This document shows, in pieces, positions 10,401-18,867 of a stretch of DNA of 45,831 nucleotides. Both the position numbers and the translations under genes were made by a program. Position 1 is the stretch's first letter. Every line of letters starts with the position of its first letter. The notes below the pieces were generated by a model. That model was not told the DNA's origin, did no database searches, and saw nothing but the letters and a program-made list of their open reading frames with translations. This DNA is from Chlamydiota bacterium (GTDB lineage Bacteria; Chlamydiota; Chlamydiia; Chlamydiales; SLFE01), in NCBI GenBank assembly GCA_011065065.1, contig JAAKFL010000002.1, positions 1-45,831 of the forward strand, given 5' to 3'.

Positions 10401-10890
10401 CTGTGATAAAGAAGTCGTGAATCACTTTTCGAATTTCATTAGATTGAACAAGGTCGTTCATGGCTTCGGTTTCTTCATCAAAAATGAATGAACATTCTTT
10501 CAATGTCCTTTCACAAAACGCATGAATGGTTGTGATAAAAGCTTCTTCAAAGTCGGCGAGAGCTTGTTCTAAGCGCCTTTTGACTTTTTTTGTTTGCGTT
10601 TTGCATTCAAGAATTTTTTTGACAAAGTCTGGGCTATTTTCAATATCACCACTAATGATAAAAGAAAGGCTACGTTCGATATTTTTATGAATGCGTTCTT
10701 TTAATTCGCTTGTAGCTGCGCGAGTAAATGTCACAACAAGAATTTGATCCACGTGACATATCGGATCTTCAATGAGTAGTCGTACATATAAATTTTCGAT
10801 GGAAAAAGTCTTCCCTGTTCCCGCTGATGCCTCCAGAAGGTAGTGTCGATGGATATTTAGGTCTCTGTTAAGAACTTCAAATCGTTTCAT
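7480..10890 (-). CDS. recB: exodeoxyribonuclease V beta subunit (UvrD-type helicase + PD-(D/E)XK nuclease)
   Basis: 1136 aa with Walker A EASAGTGKTFS, motif II VIIDEFQDTD, and a C-terminal nuclease motif GVIDFVFE...YYIVDWKSN. ATGA overlap with recC. Confidence 0.85.
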   Translation of the reverse strand: MKRFEVLNRDLNIHRHYLLEASAGTGKTFSIENLYVRLLIEDPICHVDQILVVTFTRAATSELKERIHKNIERSLSFIISGDIENSPDFVKKILECKTQTKKVKRRLEQALADFEEAFITTIHAFCERTLKECSFIFDEETEAMNDLVQSNEIRKVIHDFFITGLNQGSYSTVQLKFVLSKYGNDIRRVENALLNLLSRGLKIVSTECFEALFKNFSERFVLIQNKYQSEKILEDFYQLAPSFKKITNRQKEINPDILQNIKYFSSLFDQEFTKNAFEKLVSEGLTYAKVLHPDNMKCKAALPENLHYPELVNFVQENLHPIINEACDPYVILGRMAHDCQKLLENYLSHEEKYQYDDLLKKMLRRSCGANFANRIRGQYNAVIIDEFQDTDPIQWGIFRQLFLKDPEKRSHLYLVGDPKQSIYAFRQADIYTYMSAAESLGEDHLYSLDTNYRSEPRLVDAMNALFAKERIPEFFHLPKLMKSISCKQVFSGKQSNQIEFHDDKGSIHFIIGEGKKSGSKWPPKPLQEELFYSTIVNEMIRMKNECNISFSQWAILVRDRYQAEDFSRYCERFSVPTRKQKQKILLKSPAFQSTKELLEALNHPKDISALKILFGGSLLRWTHHQLKQLDEEDVLLGVCEKWSHLREKALKKGFAEFIDQLLRTTWKDSGTLYESMIQYSEEFFHEFVQICDLISEFQYQQNGSLIRCQQYLNDFETMEFNDDEGLKCHQNRDAETAEILTIHMSKGLEFDIVVPLGLMNRTPKKDNFIPVQNDSEGHLVAITDPESDLYRNFQKEIDSEKMRQLYVALTRAKHRLYVPIAIEENGSGEIMEGESSPIELFLSHFNHGENFVDWIDREGHQHNISYSLATSISPAPYKFVAQEIDLKCPEKVTIPGTQQVIKSFSSLTKSLTSTSLLNPPHDFNNPDKSPHTIPSGRDIGLLIHLILETISYEKVEQSFNSKDLKALIEPFTKNSLFHEWSDVIGEIIFNTLKKPFVNGVSLSEIPSESRFHEIEFLYPNNPSDNLLKGVIDFVFECSGLYYIVDWKSNWLGSSCDDYHADNLEQAMKEHDYYFQAAIYQQALERYLKPFETRSFEECFGGTYYLFLRGMNFHNDSGVCFIDRERAQLQLCYPGS

Positions 10891-13800
10891 TTTTTTATCT
10901 TCAGTTTTGAAAATAGTTCATGATCAAAATCAATGCATGAAAAAGCTTTCTCTTTCCACTTCTCAATGTAAGTGGTGTCTAATTCATCAATTTGTTTCTC
11001 TCGGAGACACCAGAGAAGGTATTTGTTATAGGATTGCTTGAACTGATTCTGCAAGGATTTATTGATCGTCTCTTCTAATTTTTCTCCTTTGAAAATGTCT
11101 TGAATCCATTCAGGAAGCAATGGTGATGCTTCATCGAGACAATGATGGTAGTAATCAATATATTTCTTCAACCATACAAATGGTTCAGCAACATCGCACG
11201 GTATTTTTGTTTTTGATTTTAAGAAAATTAACTGTTTTTTTATCGACAAGTGTTCCGGAAGTATTTCACTAATGCAATTGAGTATTAATATCTTAGGCCA
11301 GGCTGCAAAGAGCTCGGTTACAGATTCTTTATTGTATATACAAAGCCCTTCTTTTGTTAACGAATCCATCTTTCCAACGACAACATGGTTGTCAATTTTA
11401 ATGGCAGGAATTTGCCACTGCTGTGGTTGAATCATTTGTATTGTATCACTGTGTTCGTTTAATTCTACGCTCAAGAAATCTGATTCGGAGATGCCTTCAC
11501 TTTCTAAGAAATTTTTTAGTGCTTCACCTTCTCCTCGAAAATTCATGACTGAAAGATCCTTAAACAATCCTTGTGGAAGTCTCCCTTTTCCTTCCGCCCT
11601 TTTAATCACATCATCTAATGAGTTTTTTAGCGCTTCGGTTTTGAGCTGATATTCTTCTAGTGAATTCATCACAAAATGATCTTCTGCGGTTAATGATTCA
11701 TCATCTTTAATCATGATTCCGAGGGCTTGATTGAAGTAAGTTCTTAAGGGATTCTTGGCGCATTTAAACAACTGAGTGAGAGTCACTAAAGACTCTTCTT
11801 TTTTGGGTTTTGATTCAGAATCTTGAAAGAGTTCTGACATAAAATGCTTGGTTTTCTTTTCCGGTTGAAGAAGACTTTTTGATGCTGCGTAATCTTGAAA
11901 ACTGTAACTGAAAAAATTTTCATTTCTTTCAAAATATTTTTTATGAAAACTGCTAAATGGATGTTCTATCACGCAAATTTCTGATAAAGGTTTTTGTTTG
12001 TGAGTATATGAGTGATCGAGCGTGTTCAAAAGTTCTGTGATCAAAAGTGAAGGTTTTTTCTCTTGAGAATCTTTTGTGTAACTCATGATAAAATAGTCAC
12101 GCGCCGACAAGAGAGCTTCTAAAAACAGATAGCGATCAAAATCTCTTGAGCTGGGTACGTAGTCTGCAAGGGAATTATGAATCATTTTGTTTAGGGGGGA
12201 ACGCACTTCTTTCTTCGGGAAGACTCCCTCTTCCATCCCCATAAGTATCACAACCTTAGCGGGTATTGCCCTCATAGGAAGCATTGAACAAAATTTTACT
12301 GCCTGTACATGTGACTCTTTGAAATTCATCGACTGTTCTGAAAACGCTTGTTCTAAGTGTGCGTTTATGGTGTTCCAGGAAAATTCACAGGATTGATCGA
12401 ATTCTTTTGTGAGATGAAATCGTTCAAAAATACCAAGAAGTTGTTCTTCTTCACGTAAAGCTTCGTCATCTTTTTTATCTACGCGAAAATAGGCCTCATA
12501 CAGGCACCTCAAGTACAAGGTCCAATGGTGAAGATTGTGATGGTGGCATTCGGATAAAGGTTTTAGATCTTCTCGCAACGAACGGATCAAATGGATTAAC
12601 TTGCCTAATAAAGGCGCCTGAGACATCTCCACAGCCTCATAGGGGACCACATGAAGAGAATTTTCATCATCTGGGCTCATGCTGAGACCAAATAGTAAAC
12701 GCTCGATTCCATGTTCCCAAGTTCCCGTACGATTTTTATTTTCAATTGCAGAACTTTTCAACAATTCATTCCGATGATCCACATCACTTCCCCAGCGAAT
12801 GCGTGTCTCCATCACCCACTCGCGAAATTGTGCGACATCATTTTGTGATAAACCATGCTTTCGCATCACCTCTGGGATTTCAAGAAATTGCAACATTGAT
12901 ACGACATCCCATCGACTCTTTGACAACTGAATGAGCGACTGAAACCCTTGGACAACAGAGCTTTGAGAGGACATTTTAAGATCATAGATCTGAAAATCAA
13001 GGGGTTGTTCAGGATTATCAAACATTGCCTTGATGTAAGGAACGTAATCTGTGATATCCGGAGCCATCACAATCACATCGCTAGGTAAATATCCATGAAG
13101 GTGAATCAAATGCATGAGATTGTTGTAAAGAATTTGGATTTCTCTGCGTCTTGTTGGAGCTACATGAACTTGAATTGTAGAGATGTCATCGATCTCTTGT
13201 TTTTCAGTTGTTGGTCTGAGAACCAGCATATCGTTTTGCAATTGGGAGAGAAGTGTATCTTTTGGGGACTCGACATGTTCAAATACTCCATCATCGCAAT
13301 CATCTTCGATTTGAAACATCATTTTTCTCCCCAATCGTCCCAAATTGGCAAGAAGTACATTCCGATCCTGAAAATATTCTTCCATTTCTTGCTGTTTTTC
13401 TTCCTGGATTCCCTTTTTCCGCCATTGTCTTCGGATATGGCGAAGCTCGCTATCGGAAGTGACATCTCCCCAGTACTGTTCACAAGGAGAAAGCAGGTAA
13501 TAATGGACAGGAATTGTTTGTGAGACACATTTAAAAAATTGATGGTGAAGGGCTGACAAAAAATTCAATCCAAAGAGGTGGACCTGCATGTCTTTTGGTT
13601 CAGCTTGCTTATTAAAATAGGAGGAAAGTTCCTCGTGGGGAGTCGTCCATTTGGGGTGGTTTTTGTAAATTTGTAAAAATAAAGCCTCTTGCCAATCCTT
13701 CGGACCGGATTCGCTCCAGTTTTTGATCATGGGACCGGCATAAAGTCCATATTGCATAAACAAATTGGCCAACTCCGTCGCTAATTGAGTCAATCGCCGT

Positions 13801-14189
13801 GCGCTTTTGAATGGAGAAGACGTTTGCAAGAAGCGGCGTAGCGGTTGCCAATGATCATCACAGGAATCTTTTAAAATAATTTGTTTGATCTCATGTTCAA
13901 TAGCCAAAGCCATTTCAAATTGTGAGGCGAGGGTGCCCCGTTCAGTTTCGGGGAAGCCTTTCGCGAGTTGACCGATAACTTGGTTGATGTAGGTCATTTC
14001 GATCCCCATCGCCACTGACAGATCGGGATCTGTTGCCAATTTCCAGAGGATCCAAGATCTCATGATTGGGCTGGGAACTACCAGCAATCTCTGAGTGAAG
14101 GGGCGGGAATCTGAAAAAAGAGAATTTTTCAAGATGGTAAATAAAATTTCCATTTGGTTACTAGAATGTACACAAAAATTACCATTCAT
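10887..14189 (-). CDS. recC: exodeoxyribonuclease V gamma subunit
   Basis: 1100 aa, first gene of the coupled three-gene unit. It has a RecC-like N-terminus (VHSSNQMEILF) and the expected size and position. I recognised no independent catalytic motif. Confidence 0.75.
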   Translation of the reverse strand: MNGNFCVHSSNQMEILFTILKNSLFSDSRPFTQRLLVVPSPIMRSWILWKLATDPDLSVAMGIEMTYINQVIGQLAKGFPETERGTLASQFEMALAIEHEIKQIILKDSCDDHWQPLRRFLQTSSPFKSARRLTQLATELANLFMQYGLYAGPMIKNWSESGPKDWQEALFLQIYKNHPKWTTPHEELSSYFNKQAEPKDMQVHLFGLNFLSALHHQFFKCVSQTIPVHYYLLSPCEQYWGDVTSDSELRHIRRQWRKKGIQEEKQQEMEEYFQDRNVLLANLGRLGRKMMFQIEDDCDDGVFEHVESPKDTLLSQLQNDMLVLRPTTEKQEIDDISTIQVHVAPTRRREIQILYNNLMHLIHLHGYLPSDVIVMAPDITDYVPYIKAMFDNPEQPLDFQIYDLKMSSQSSVVQGFQSLIQLSKSRWDVVSMLQFLEIPEVMRKHGLSQNDVAQFREWVMETRIRWGSDVDHRNELLKSSAIENKNRTGTWEHGIERLLFGLSMSPDDENSLHVVPYEAVEMSQAPLLGKLIHLIRSLREDLKPLSECHHHNLHHWTLYLRCLYEAYFRVDKKDDEALREEEQLLGIFERFHLTKEFDQSCEFSWNTINAHLEQAFSEQSMNFKESHVQAVKFCSMLPMRAIPAKVVILMGMEEGVFPKKEVRSPLNKMIHNSLADYVPSSRDFDRYLFLEALLSARDYFIMSYTKDSQEKKPSLLITELLNTLDHSYTHKQKPLSEICVIEHPFSSFHKKYFERNENFFSYSFQDYAASKSLLQPEKKTKHFMSELFQDSESKPKKEESLVTLTQLFKCAKNPLRTYFNQALGIMIKDDESLTAEDHFVMNSLEEYQLKTEALKNSLDDVIKRAEGKGRLPQGLFKDLSVMNFRGEGEALKNFLESEGISESDFLSVELNEHSDTIQMIQPQQWQIPAIKIDNHVVVGKMDSLTKEGLCIYNKESVTELFAAWPKILILNCISEILPEHLSIKKQLIFLKSKTKIPCDVAEPFVWLKKYIDYYHHCLDEASPLLPEWIQDIFKGEKLEETINKSLQNQFKQSYNKYLLWCLREKQIDELDTTYIEKWKEKAFSCIDFDHELFSKLKIKK

Positions 14190-14371
14190 GTTATCATCTT
14201 CTTTTAAACTGAATCACTTAAAGGTTAACTCTCATTTTAGGTCGAATTTGAGTATAGATGAATTGGTTCTTAACGGACAACAATTCCGTTTTGATATATA
14301 TAACAGATTAAGTTCCAACACCTATTCTTATCCTATCACTCATATTCAACTTAAATATTTAAGGTTTTAAA

Positions 14372-16138
14372 ATGGTCGACACTCAAAAATTCATTCAATA
14401 TTTTAGAACGAAGAAAATTACTTCGTTCACCTATCTCAATATCACCCAGTTTCTTGGTGCCTTGAATGATAACATCTATAAACTTTTGATTGCTTTCTTT
14501 TTGATTCAGCAATTAGGTGCTGATAGAAGCTATCTCATTTTTTCTACAACCGGAGCCATCTTTGTCCTTCCGTTCCTGCTATTCTCTTCTAACTCAGGAA
14601 CCTTGGCAGATCGATTTAGCAAACGAAACATTATCGTTTTCACAAAAATCTTAGAGCTTTTAGTGATGTCGATGGGGTTGATGGCCTTCGCATTCGAAAG
14701 CGTCGCGTTTTCTTATGTCACTCTTTTTATGATGGCCACACAGAGTGCGATATTTGGTCCTTCTAAGTATGGCATCATGCCAGAAATTGTAGAGATCGAA
14801 AAGATTCCACGCGCCAACGGATTGCTGACCTCGTTCACGTTCCTTGCGATTATCATCGGTACATTTTTGGCGTCGTTCATTACCGATATCACAGACCGGA
14901 ACTTTATTCTCGCCGCCTTGTCTTGTACCCTGATCTCCTTGGCGGGAGTGATGATGAGCTTTGGGATTGAATATACGCCTCCTTCCGGCTCCATAAAACG
15001 ACTGGATGTGCGCTTTTTACGGGATATCTATAAGACGCTGAAAGTATCCTATCATGTTCCTTCACTTTTACCAGCAATACTGGGCTCTGCATTCTTTTTG
15101 TTTTTAGGAGCCTATGTCCAGCTAAACATCATCCCGTTTGCCATGGAAGCGTTGGGTCTGACGGATGTTCAAGGTGGATACCTGTTTCTGCTAACTGCCT
15201 TAGGAATTGGGACTGGAGCAGTATTAGCAGGAAGAATTTCGGGAAAAGTCGTAGAGTTGGGAATTGTCCCCACTGCTGCATGTGGGATTACCATCTGTCT
15301 GTTTTTAATCGATTACTACTCATCATCCCTCACTATCATCATTCCTCTGATTCTGATCACAGGGATTTTGGGGGGCATGTACCAAATCCCGTTGGATAGT
15401 TTTATCCAAATCGCCAGCCCCAATGAATCACGAGGCCAAGTCATTGCCGCCACAAACTTCTTAAGCTTTAGCGGCGTCTTGTTAGCATCTATGATGCTTT
15501 ATCTCCTATCCGGTGTCATAGGGTTACGCGCAGACCAAGGGTTTTCGGTTTTAGGAGTCTTTGCTGGATGTGTTACAATTTACTTTTCTTTCCAGTTTTA
15601 TGATTACGTATCCCGTTTTGTCGGTATGATCCTTTCAAAACTGCACTTTTCCACCACATATGAAGGATTAGACAATATCCCTTCGGAACCAGCACTTTAC
15701 GTCTGCCAGCATACTGCCTGGAACGATACCTTATTAATGTTAGGAGCCCAACGATTACGCATGAGGTTCTTTATTCAAAATGAACAAGAACACAAAGGCT
15801 GGATGAAACGATTGTACAAGTTCTTAAGAGTTGTCTTTATTCCCGAGGTAGAAACCTTGAGTGACAATTTAGAGTCTATCCATTCCATTGGAAAGACCTT
15901 GAGAAGAGGCATTTCCATCTGTATTTTTGTCGAAAATATGGCCATTGAAGATGAAATCAATATGATCCTCTCATCTACAGCCTTCTGTGACGTTCTTAAA
16001 GCCCATGAAACAAAAATCATTCCGGTGAAAATAGAAAAAGGGGCTAAAGAGAAAAGCCATAGATTTTTACCCATGTTGATGAATCGCATTCATATTCCGG
16101 CTTATTTGACATTTTACCAGCCCAAAGAAATTGCATGA
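14372..16138 (+). CDS. MFS (LplT-like lysophospholipid transporter) fused to a PlsC-type acyltransferase domain
   Basis: 588 aa. The first ~400 aa are a polytopic MFS-like domain. The C-terminal domain carries the HX4D acyltransferase motif (CQHTAWNDTLLML). Confidence 0.7.
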   Translation: MVDTQKFIQYFRTKKITSFTYLNITQFLGALNDNIYKLLIAFFLIQQLGADRSYLIFSTTGAIFVLPFLLFSSNSGTLADRFSKRNIIVFTKILELLVMSMGLMAFAFESVAFSYVTLFMMATQSAIFGPSKYGIMPEIVEIEKIPRANGLLTSFTFLAIIIGTFLASFITDITDRNFILAALSCTLISLAGVMMSFGIEYTPPSGSIKRLDVRFLRDIYKTLKVSYHVPSLLPAILGSAFFLFLGAYVQLNIIPFAMEALGLTDVQGGYLFLLTALGIGTGAVLAGRISGKVVELGIVPTAACGITICLFLIDYYSSSLTIIIPLILITGILGGMYQIPLDSFIQIASPNESRGQVIAATNFLSFSGVLLASMMLYLLSGVIGLRADQGFSVLGVFAGCVTIYFSFQFYDYVSRFVGMILSKLHFSTTYEGLDNIPSEPALYVCQHTAWNDTLLMLGAQRLRMRFFIQNEQEHKGWMKRLYKFLRVVFIPEVETLSDNLESIHSIGKTLRRGISICIFVENMAIEDEINMILSSTAFCDVLKAHETKIIPVKIEKGAKEKSHRFLPMLMNRIHIPAYLTFYQPKEIA

Positions 16139-16241
16139 ACTCACCAATTAATCCTTCAAAAAATAAAAAAAAGCCAAAAAACAACTGATTTTTCACTATA
16201 AAACAAGTTTTTGATATTTTTCTAACATTTTAAAATTATTA

Positions 16242-16270
16242 TTTACATTAATTTGAAAATAGGTTATAAT
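16242..16270 (+). promoter_or_regulatory. sigma70-like promoter candidate for the GNAT gene
   Basis: TTTACA (16242-16247), a 17-nt spacer, then TATAAT (16265-16270), 42 nt upstream of the ATG at 16312. Confidence 0.45.
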
Positions 16271-16311
16271 CCTTATAAATCAAACATAATAATTTAAAAA
16301 GGATATAATTA

Positions 16312-16809
16312 ATGATAACTACTACAACTGTTAATCCTACAATTGTTATAGAAAATCTAGCTCAAGAAAACGAGAGCTTTCATAACGATTTGAAGGAGAT
16401 TTTTGAGATAAACACCCAAGTGGGTTGGGGTAGATTTAATCGTGGGTCTATGACACGCCGAGCATACTCTGATCCATGTCCTTACCTTGTTGCGAAGGTT
16501 GGTGAAGCTGTCGCCGGGTATATTATTTCTGAAAAAAATTATGAGGGGCAGGCTTATATTCCTTTTATCGCCACAAACCCCGATTTCCAAGGTCAGGGAA
16601 TTGGAAAAAAACTAATGTTAGCTGCAATTGAGAATGCCAGAAAGGATGGGCGCACAGGTGTCGTATTTAAATACCGAGGAAACAAGGACCATCTGAAAAA
16701 GTTTTATACGGAGACTATTCCCACCCTAGCAAAATGTACTTTTACTACCGAGGACCATGGGAAATTTATGAATGGTGATCCGAAGGTTGGAGTCAACTAC
16801 GAAATCTAA
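16312..16809 (+). CDS. GNAT-family N-acetyltransferase
   Basis: 165 aa with the acetyl-CoA binding motif A (QGQGIGKKLMLAAIENA). Confidence 0.75.
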   Translation: MITTTTVNPTIVIENLAQENESFHNDLKEIFEINTQVGWGRFNRGSMTRRAYSDPCPYLVAKVGEAVAGYIISEKNYEGQAYIPFIATNPDFQGQGIGKKLMLAAIENARKDGRTGVVFKYRGNKDHLKKFYTETIPTLAKCTFTTEDHGKFMNGDPKVGVNYEI

Positions 16810-16847
16810 TCCGTATTTAGGATATTAGACGCAGATAGACACAGATG

Positions 16848-16880
16848 GCCGCAGATAGAATCTTAATCTGCGGCTTTTTT
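16848..16880 (+). terminator. Rho-independent terminator after the GNAT gene
   Basis: The stem gccgcagat (16848-16856) pairs with atctgcggc (16866-16874). The loop is 9 nt, followed by TTTTTT (16875-16880). Confidence 0.7.
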
Positions 16881-16973
16881 ACGTCACAAATTTGATATCT
16901 GATTTTTTATGATTCGTCTTCAAAAATCCTACCAAAATACCAGGAAAATTTCTTGATACAATTTCTGGACGTT

Positions 16974-16999
16974 TTATCCTGTTAATCCTTACTATCCTG
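16974..16999. repeat. solo half-arm of the ATCCT-unit element (no inverted partner)
   Basis: The sequence ttatcctgttaatccttactatcctg has three ATCCT units spaced 9 nt apart. No complementary arm lies nearby. Confidence 0.4.
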
Positions 17000-17042
17000 C
17001 GTGGAAAACTTCCCCTCTTGAAACCGAATAAAAAATAATAGC

Positions 17043-17123
17043 AACATCCTGTTCATCCTTAACATCCTATTATCCTGTATCAGAAAAACAGGATAATAGG
17101 ATGGCAAGGATGAACAGGATGTT
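17043..17123. repeat. ATCCT-unit palindromic hairpin element, copy A3; probable bidirectional terminator
   Basis: The 36-nt arms 17043-17078 and 17088-17123 pair with 2 adjacent mismatches; the loop is 9 nt. An A-rich run lies upstream and TTTTT downstream. It sits 13 nt from the stop of the outer-membrane protein gene. Confidence 0.8.
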
Positions 17124-17135
17124 TTTTAACTCACA

Positions 17136-18554
17136 TCAGAAAGCGTAGATCGCCTCGACTTCAAACTTTGAATAATTGATAGGTCCCGATGGCGTGTTCG
17201 TTAACAAAGATTGGAATCCAAAAATGTTAGCATAAATTTCTCTTGAATACTCAAAGCTTCCATCAAGTGAGAAATTATCTGTGATGGCATAGAGTAGCTC
17301 AAATCGCCATCCTGCATAATTTGTGAAACCACGACCATCAGCTGTCATGGTTTGCATCAGCAAGTTGCGCCCATTACGTCCAATTCCTGAAACATCTTGA
17401 TCCGGGACGGCATAAGGTTCAACATACTGGTAGCAAATATCAAACGCCCAATCACCTTCATGACAAACCTGCCCAAACAAAATACCAAAATAATAGGCCA
17501 GATTCAAATGTCTGTTGATACTGAGTTCGGTTAAATTTCGTGTGTCATGATTGTATATCAACGCTCCATATGCTTTTCCTGGGATACACATACTAGGAAT
17601 GCAGAAGTTATAAGCTAAGGTCCATTGTGAAACCCTGAACGAAGCTCCGACAGGCCAGGCTGTGTCACAGCGGTTCGTGTCATGGCTCATGATTGTTTGC
17701 CAGTCTATGTACGAATAGCGTAAATCAATTCCCTTGTCGCAAGGCGCTAAAAGACCGACTTCAACAATCCAAGCTCCGTGGTTCGAACGCTCATCAACTA
17801 GGAAAACTCCGCCATATCCATAGAAGTCTCCGTATTTCCCCGCATTACGTGCGTATTTTAGGAGAAGCCCATCAAAATTACTTTGAAACTGTACTCGGGA
17901 ATCAAAAACTGTATAAAGAGGACGTCGACCAAGCTCCACATCAAATCGTGAACAACCATCGACAAACAAGTTATATCCCATATAGGCTTTTCTTAAACAA
18001 AGCCCTTCACAACATCCACTTCCAAATAAACCTTGAGGATCTTCCTGACAGGTTTTATTCGACTGCCAGATACCTGCATCATTATCAAACTGAATCCAAG
18101 CCACTCCCCATGAACGGTCGCACACATAATCCAAGTAAAGATTGAGCTCAACTTCAAAAGTACTGGTACTGAAGGGGATTCCTTGACCCGAAAGACCTCC
18201 ACCCTGATCAGGCCCTGGTGGCCCTCCAATGGGAGGAACAATCGTGATATTTCCATTAGACTGGTCTTGACGAGCAATTCCATGATGACCACGAAACTTC
18301 TCGCAGTTAATCTTCTCAAGTATCGAAGCCCAATCAAAGCGGATGTCACCACTGATCGAAAGATTGCAATCTTTCTCTTCCAATGGAATGGTTCGTTTGG
18401 AGTTCACGTACTCTTGAACCGCCTCAAAATCCCTTTGGTCACATGCATTGTGAAAACTATCCCTTGAACACCCTAACGGTTTCGAATAAGAAGGTGTGAT
18501 TGTCAATAACACTGCACTCAAAGTAAATAAGGTCAAGTACTTAAGAAGTCTCAT
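17136..18554 (-). CDS. cysteine-rich outer-membrane beta-barrel protein (porin-like)
   Basis: 472 aa with a Sec signal (MRLLKYLTLFTLSAVLLTITPSYS) and about 17 Cys, including GSGCCEGLC. It has alternating beta-strand-like segments and a C-terminal aromatic signature (EVEAIYAF). Confidence 0.55.
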   Translation of the reverse strand: MRLLKYLTLFTLSAVLLTITPSYSKPLGCSRDSFHNACDQRDFEAVQEYVNSKRTIPLEEKDCNLSISGDIRFDWASILEKINCEKFRGHHGIARQDQSNGNITIVPPIGGPPGPDQGGGLSGQGIPFSTSTFEVELNLYLDYVCDRSWGVAWIQFDNDAGIWQSNKTCQEDPQGLFGSGCCEGLCLRKAYMGYNLFVDGCSRFDVELGRRPLYTVFDSRVQFQSNFDGLLLKYARNAGKYGDFYGYGGVFLVDERSNHGAWIVEVGLLAPCDKGIDLRYSYIDWQTIMSHDTNRCDTAWPVGASFRVSQWTLAYNFCIPSMCIPGKAYGALIYNHDTRNLTELSINRHLNLAYYFGILFGQVCHEGDWAFDICYQYVEPYAVPDQDVSGIGRNGRNLLMQTMTADGRGFTNYAGWRFELLYAITDNFSLDGSFEYSREIYANIFGFQSLLTNTPSGPINYSKFEVEAIYAF

Positions 18555-18727
18555 GTTGTTTCTCCATTATGATTCAAGCCACGTCTCGTGTAAATAAGCT
18601 AAATGTCTACTGGTCAAATGAATTATATAAGTGATTAAATATTTTTTTGTAAATAGATGAATATAAGAAAAATATTGAGTCCTGAACTGACCGTGTATTT
18701 TTTTACGCTCCTATCAGGAAATAACCA

Positions 18728-18803
18728 CATCCTTACTATCCTTTTATCCTGTTTTTTTTAGCACTTGGGAACAGGATAAAAGGATAGTAAGGATGGACAG
18801 GAT
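18728..18803. repeat. ATCCT-unit palindromic hairpin element, copy A4
   Basis: The perfect 25-bp arms are 18728-18752 and 18771-18795. The 18-nt loop begins TTTTTTTAGCAC. One extra unpaired unit (gacaggat) extends to 18803. The element lies 65 nt downstream of the stop of the 986-aa gene. Confidence 0.8.
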
Positions 18804-18867
18804 ATCTATTTAAATGATTGATAATGAGTAATTTTGATATTTAAGAGATCGCGAAACTTCGCGCAAA

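Noticed and set aside
7480-14189. Whether the two large helicase-nuclease genes are AddA/AddB (RexAB) rather than RecB/RecC
   Set aside because: A third coupled gene encodes a clear RecD-type SF1 helicase (GGPGTGKT, DECSM, HKSQGSEF). The first protein also lacks any Walker A motif. This fits the three-subunit RecBCD architecture.
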